Of a DNA stretch of 41,000 bases, positions 36,335 through 41,000 are shown piece after piece (the stretch's first letter is position 1; every line of letters begins with the position of its first letter). Below the pieces are notes generated by a model. It worked only from the letters and a program-made list of their open reading frames with translations, did not search any database and had not been told where the DNA came from. This DNA is from Mustelus asterias. Lineage: Eukaryota. Location of the stretch: assembly GCF_964213995.1 (NCBI RefSeq), contig NW_027593001.1, positions 1 to 41,000 on the forward strand. Direction: 5' to 3'. A program made the translations under genes and the position numbers.

Positions 36335-36431
36335 CATTCTTGTGCTGGGCTGACTGAGAGCGCTGACACTGTGGGGAGAATGAAGGTTACAGATGGGTCT
36401 GGGACGGTGGTGACTATCACAGCCGGTAAGT
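36335..36431 (+). other. J segment of the NAR-TCR cassette with 23-RSS
   Basis: cattcttgt, 23 nt, cactgtg(36367-73), then coding 36374-36425 GRMKVTDGSGTVVTITA and a phase-1 gtaagt donor. Confidence 0.85.
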
Positions 36432-36706
36432 GACTCCTAATCCCAGTGTGTTGCAGCCTGTTTAGGTTAGTGTTCACCGTCAGTTTAAATTCGTTACCAG
36501 CATCACTTCAATTGTCTGCTTCTAAAGCAGGGTGGTTTCCTGAGGAAGATTTTCAATTGCAGATTTAGACTTAGGAGCAGAGTATGAAACGGAAGTCGAG
36601 TCCGGCTGTGAGACCAGATTGAAGCAGTGTGAGACCCCAAAGGACAGGTTTCCTCCGGGGAAGGAGTTTCAGCTGATCCTATCTGGGCTATTATTGGTTT
36701 AAGGAA

Positions 36707-37243
36707 CAGCAAAAAGTCTCACAACACTAGCTTAAAGGCCGACAGGTTTACTTCGAATCACGAGCTTTCGGACCGCTGCTCCTTTCTCAGGTGTGTGGAG
36801 AGTTGGGTTCACAAACATGGCAGCTATAGACAGAGACGCAATTGCAAGAAAATGGTTGGAATGCGAGTCTTTACAGGTAATCAAATCTTTACAGGTGCAG
36901 ACAATGCGAGTGAAGAGAGGGATATTCACAGGTCAAAGAGGTGTGAATTGTCTCAAACCAGGACAGATGGCAGGACTTTGCAAGCCAGGGAAAATGGTAG
37001 AGGTTACATGTAGTGTGACATGAACCCAAGATCCCGGTCCTCAAAGACGCGCATTCCAACCATTATCTTGGAATTGCGTCTCTGTCTACATATGCCATGT
37101 TTGTGAACCCAACTCACCATTCACCTGAGAAAGTAGCAGTACTCCGAAAGCTCGTGATTCCAAATAAAACGGTTGGACTTTAACCTGGTGTTGTGAGACT
37201 TCTTACCGTGCCCACCCCATTCCAACGCCAGCGTCTCCAATCA
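36707..37243. mobile_element. Longer Penelope-like inverted element (family 1)
   Basis: Inverted arms, each with a cacctgagaaag...ccgaaagctcgtg motif. 12-bp TSD tggtttaaggaa at 36695-36706 and 37244-37255. Confidence 0.8.
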
Positions 37244-38844
37244 TGGTTTAAGGAAGGCATCGGGTAATCCTCACAACATCTTGCACTCTCACTCTCCTAA
37301 CTGGTTTCAGTGAGCGTACATTCGGGGAGGTGATGGCCAAATGGAATTATCGCTGGACTATTAATTCAAAAACACAGCCAAAGTTCTGGGAGTCCCGCCA
37401 GCGCAGATGGTGGAATTTCAATTTAATAATCATATCTGGAATTAAGAATCTACTGATGACCATGAAGCCATTGTCGATTGTCAGAAAAACCCATCTGATT
37501 CACTAATGCCCTTCAGGGAAGGAAACCTGCTGTCCTTGCCTGGTCTGGCCTACATGTGACAGCAGAGCCACAGCAATGTGGTTGACTCACAACTGCCTTA
37601 GGGTACCTGGGGATGAGCAGCAAGCCAGCGACGACGCCCATGTCACATCAATGAATAAAAATACATTATGGACGCTCCGAACCCTGCTCCCTGCTCTCCG
37701 CTGGGAGAGAGCGGAGCCACCGAGCACAGGATTTCTCTCTGCTCCAGGAAATGGTCTAAAAGAGGCCTGGAAATGTCAACGAGGTACCGGGAGAGGTAAC
37801 CCAAAATTGCAGCAGCCGGTCCAATACCTGCAGCGGCAGGAAAACGGGAACATGACACAAATAGCTTCGAGAGCTTATTTGATACTTGTAGGTGACATTT
37901 CACGTGCAATCAGTGACTCAAAATAATTATATCCTAACTGATCTTTATTTCCTTCCTATAAACAATCATTTTGGCAGAACTGCGAAAAGTTTGAATTGCA
38001 TTCTCTTCCACATATTGATCGCTAATTGTGGACAAATCCGTTTGCTTTATGTTTTTTGTCGATTTCAAAAACATGGGATTGTGCTGATTGAAGCATAATG
38101 AATCCCTCAAGGATTGAGTTGTGTCGAGGCTGAGGGTGCTGAACCGTTCCATGGATTTTAGTTTTGAATGCTAATGGAAATAATGGATTTGGGAATAGGA
38201 CGCACAGTTAGCATTAAGGTAGATGATCAGATCTAAACATTTCTGATTTGTACAGCGGGTCCCCAAGGTGGATTAGTCTACCATGTTTCTATTTCTTAAG
38301 TATCTTATTATCAGCATGAATTTCTTACACTTCTGAGAAAAAAAAATCAATAATGTGTTTGGATATCGAAAGTTTGGAAAAGCTCTGCCTTTTGGCTTTC
38401 GAAGGCCGGTAAGACATGAAAAAGCAGCACAGAAACACTGAACATTATATTGTAGTTTCAAGGAGCTCCATGTGCAGAAACTGTTCCTTCGGTGGGAGAG
38501 TTGTTCTTTTATCTTCTTTAATTCATTCGTGTGACATGTCGTCGCTGGTTGGCCAGCATTTATTGTGCATTCCTGGTCGCCCTTCAAATCAATGGCTGGC
38601 AAGGCCATTTTTAAGGGCAGTTGAGAGTCAATCACATTGCTGTGGCTTTTTCTAAACATCGGAAATGGTTTCACGGTCAGCAGCAGATACTTAACTTCAG
38701 ATTTTTAAAAATTGAAGTCAAATTCCACCAACTGCCGAGGCAGGATTCGAACCAGGGTCCCCAGAAGAAGTAGATATTTATATATGAAATATGAAATGAC
38801 TATCAGAAGAGATAGAAACATTCGGGTATATTTGTGCGGAAACA

Positions 38845-39720
38845 CATCAACTTGCAGAGGGATTTGGACCAACGAGAAAAATGGGCTGAAAAATGGCAGA
38901 TGGAATTTAACGCAGACAAGTGTGAGATATTGCACTTTGGAAGGACAAACCAAAGAAGAACGTACAGGGTAAATGGTAGGACTCTGAAGAGTGCAGTTGA
39001 GCAGAGGGATCTGGGAATACAGGTACAGAATTCCCTAAAAGTGACGTCACAGGTGGATAGGGTCGTAAAGAGTGCCTTTGGTACATTGGCCTTTATAAAT
39101 CGGAGTATCGAGTATAAAAGTTGGAGTGTTATGGTAAGGTTATATAAGGCATTGGTGAGGCCGAATTTGGAGTATTGTGTACAGTTTTGGTCACCTAGTT
39201 ACAGGAAGGATGTAAATAAGATTGAAAGAGTGCAGAGAAGGTTCACAAGGATGTTGCCGGGACTTGAGAAGCTGAGTTACAGAGAGAGATTGAATAGGTT
39301 GCGACTTTATTCCCTGGAGCGTAGAAGATTGAGGGGAGATTTGATAGAGGTGTATAAGATTTTGATGGGTATAGATAGAGTGAATGCAAGCAGGCTTTTT
39401 CCGCTGAGGCTGGGGGAGAAAAAAACCAGAGGGAATGGGTTAAGGGTGAAAAGAGAAAAGTTTAAAGGGAATATTAGGGGGGGCTTCTTCACGCAGAGAG
39501 TGGTGGGAGTGTGGAATGAGCTGCCGGATAAAGTGGTAAATGCGGGGTCACTTTTAACATTTAAGAAAAACTTGGACGGGTTCATGGATGAGAGGGGTGT
39601 GGAGGGATATGGTCCAAGTGCAGGTCAGTGGGACTAGGCATAAAATGGTTCGGCACAGACAAGAAGGGCCAAAAGTCCTGTTTCTGAGCTGTAATTTTCT
39701 ATGGTTCTATGGTTCTATGT
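38845..39720 (+). mobile_element. CR1/HER1 LINE, 5'-truncated, open ORF2 C-terminus
   Basis: 267-aa frame WQMEFNADKC...GYGPSAGQWD with a (ctatggtt)n tail. Confidence 0.95.
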
Positions 39721-40762
39721 GAAGCTCGCTCTTTGGAAAAACGTCGTGATGAATTTATGGCACAGCTTGAAAAATATGGGCGGGAGAGAGGAATAAATAG
39801 ACACACAGCTGAGGATGAGAGGAGAAGGGGATGTACGAGAACAAGCTTCGATCATCTGGACCAAGTGGCCTATTCGTGTTCAGTGGAAAGTGTAGAATAT
39901 AAAACTCAGAGACTATTCTGTTCGGAAAGGACAGGGAACAATCAGCCAATGGACTAAAGGGATTGAAATTATCACATCCCGTAAAGGCAGTTCCCAGTGA
40001 GTAACAGTAAAACCACTGCGGAAACTGAACAGACTGAACCAACCGATAACTGAGAGAAATTAGGGCAAGTTTTCATGACGGTTAGAAACCGCCATGAACA
40101 GACAGAAAACAACTCAGATGTAGAAATAAAATGAAATCAACTTGCAAATATTTCTAATGGAAGTAAAACGGTAGAATTGATGGACGGAAAGAGACAAATA
40201 GCCCAACGGCAGACTGGATTTACCTTGTAATGTTGAACTGCGGCCAAAAGTCGATCTTTGACCCACAGATTTACATTGTCATTTCGGATTAATAGGTGTG
40301 GACGAAAATCTCTGTTCTGTGCTGAACCTTGGTATGTACTGAAATATAAGACTGCTGATTTTCCTTCGGACAATCAAATCTAGACAACAATTGATTCATT
40401 GACGGGAAGAGTGAACTTTACGATTTAGTTTTCTGGTTCGCATTTCACCAACATATTTATTAGCAGATATTTAATAAAAATAAAATCATACTCTGCAAAA
40501 AAAACACAATTCTGTCAATAATGACAGTAATTTGAAGGTGCTGCCAATATATCCATTCGTTCTTCTTTTTGTCCCCACTGGAATCTTGTCCTGTCCCAGA
40601 AGTCTTTGTCCCTCAATTGCCCCTCAAGATAATGTTCAATCTGCTTCCAGAACCACCCCTTCCGCAGTGCACTTCAGGTGACTGCAATTCTCTGTGAAAA
40701 AAAGATCTGAAGATCTGCCACGCTTGTTTATTTCCAATAATCAATGCATTTTGAAACACATT

Positions 40763-41000
40763 CATAGAATCCTTACAGGACAGAAGGAGGCCATTTGGCC
40801 CGTCAAGTCTGTACCGACCACATCCCACCGAGTCCCAGGCAATATTCCCATAACCCCACATATTTATCCTTCTAATCTTTCTCGGACACTAGGGTCAATT
40901 TACCTTGGCCAATCAACGTAATCTGCACATCTTTGGACTGTGGGATGAAATCGGAGCACCCGGAGTAAACCCAAACACACACGGGGAGAATGTGCAAACT
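40763..41000 (-). mobile_element. HE1-like SINE running off the window end
   Basis: Reverse complement of the SINE core and gggccaaatggcctccttctg tail. Confidence 0.8.

Noticed and set aside
37885-38010. VQSVTQ...SLNC after an AG, as a candidate supporting TCRdelta V
   Set aside because: There is no WYRQ, YYC or RSS, and the spacing is wrong.

Overview
Eukaryotic, repeat-rich DNA from a cartilaginous fish. The shark assignment is inferred from HE1-type SINEs, HER1/CR1 LINEs and an IgNAR-like V domain. The left 16 kb is a cluster of KRAB-less C2H2 zinc-finger genes, mostly disrupted, and two of them share a bidirectional CpG-island promoter. The right 24 kb looks like the edge of a TCR alpha/delta V-segment array. 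It contains one intact TRA/DV with a 23-RSS, an inverted V pseudogene split by a CR1 insertion, a V whose leader lacks an intron, several decayed V relics, and a damaged NAR-TCR-like V...J cassette with no visible D or supporting V. An intact two-exon GPR139/142-like GPCR sits inside this V array. About ten Penelope-like inverted-repeat elements are scattered through the window, several with clear TSDs and minimal hammerhead-ribozyme motifs. I found no wholly new system that I can prove. The most unusual items are the NAR-TCR cassette architecture, the intronless leader-V, the hammerhead elements, and the ZNF/GPCR/TCR interleaving.
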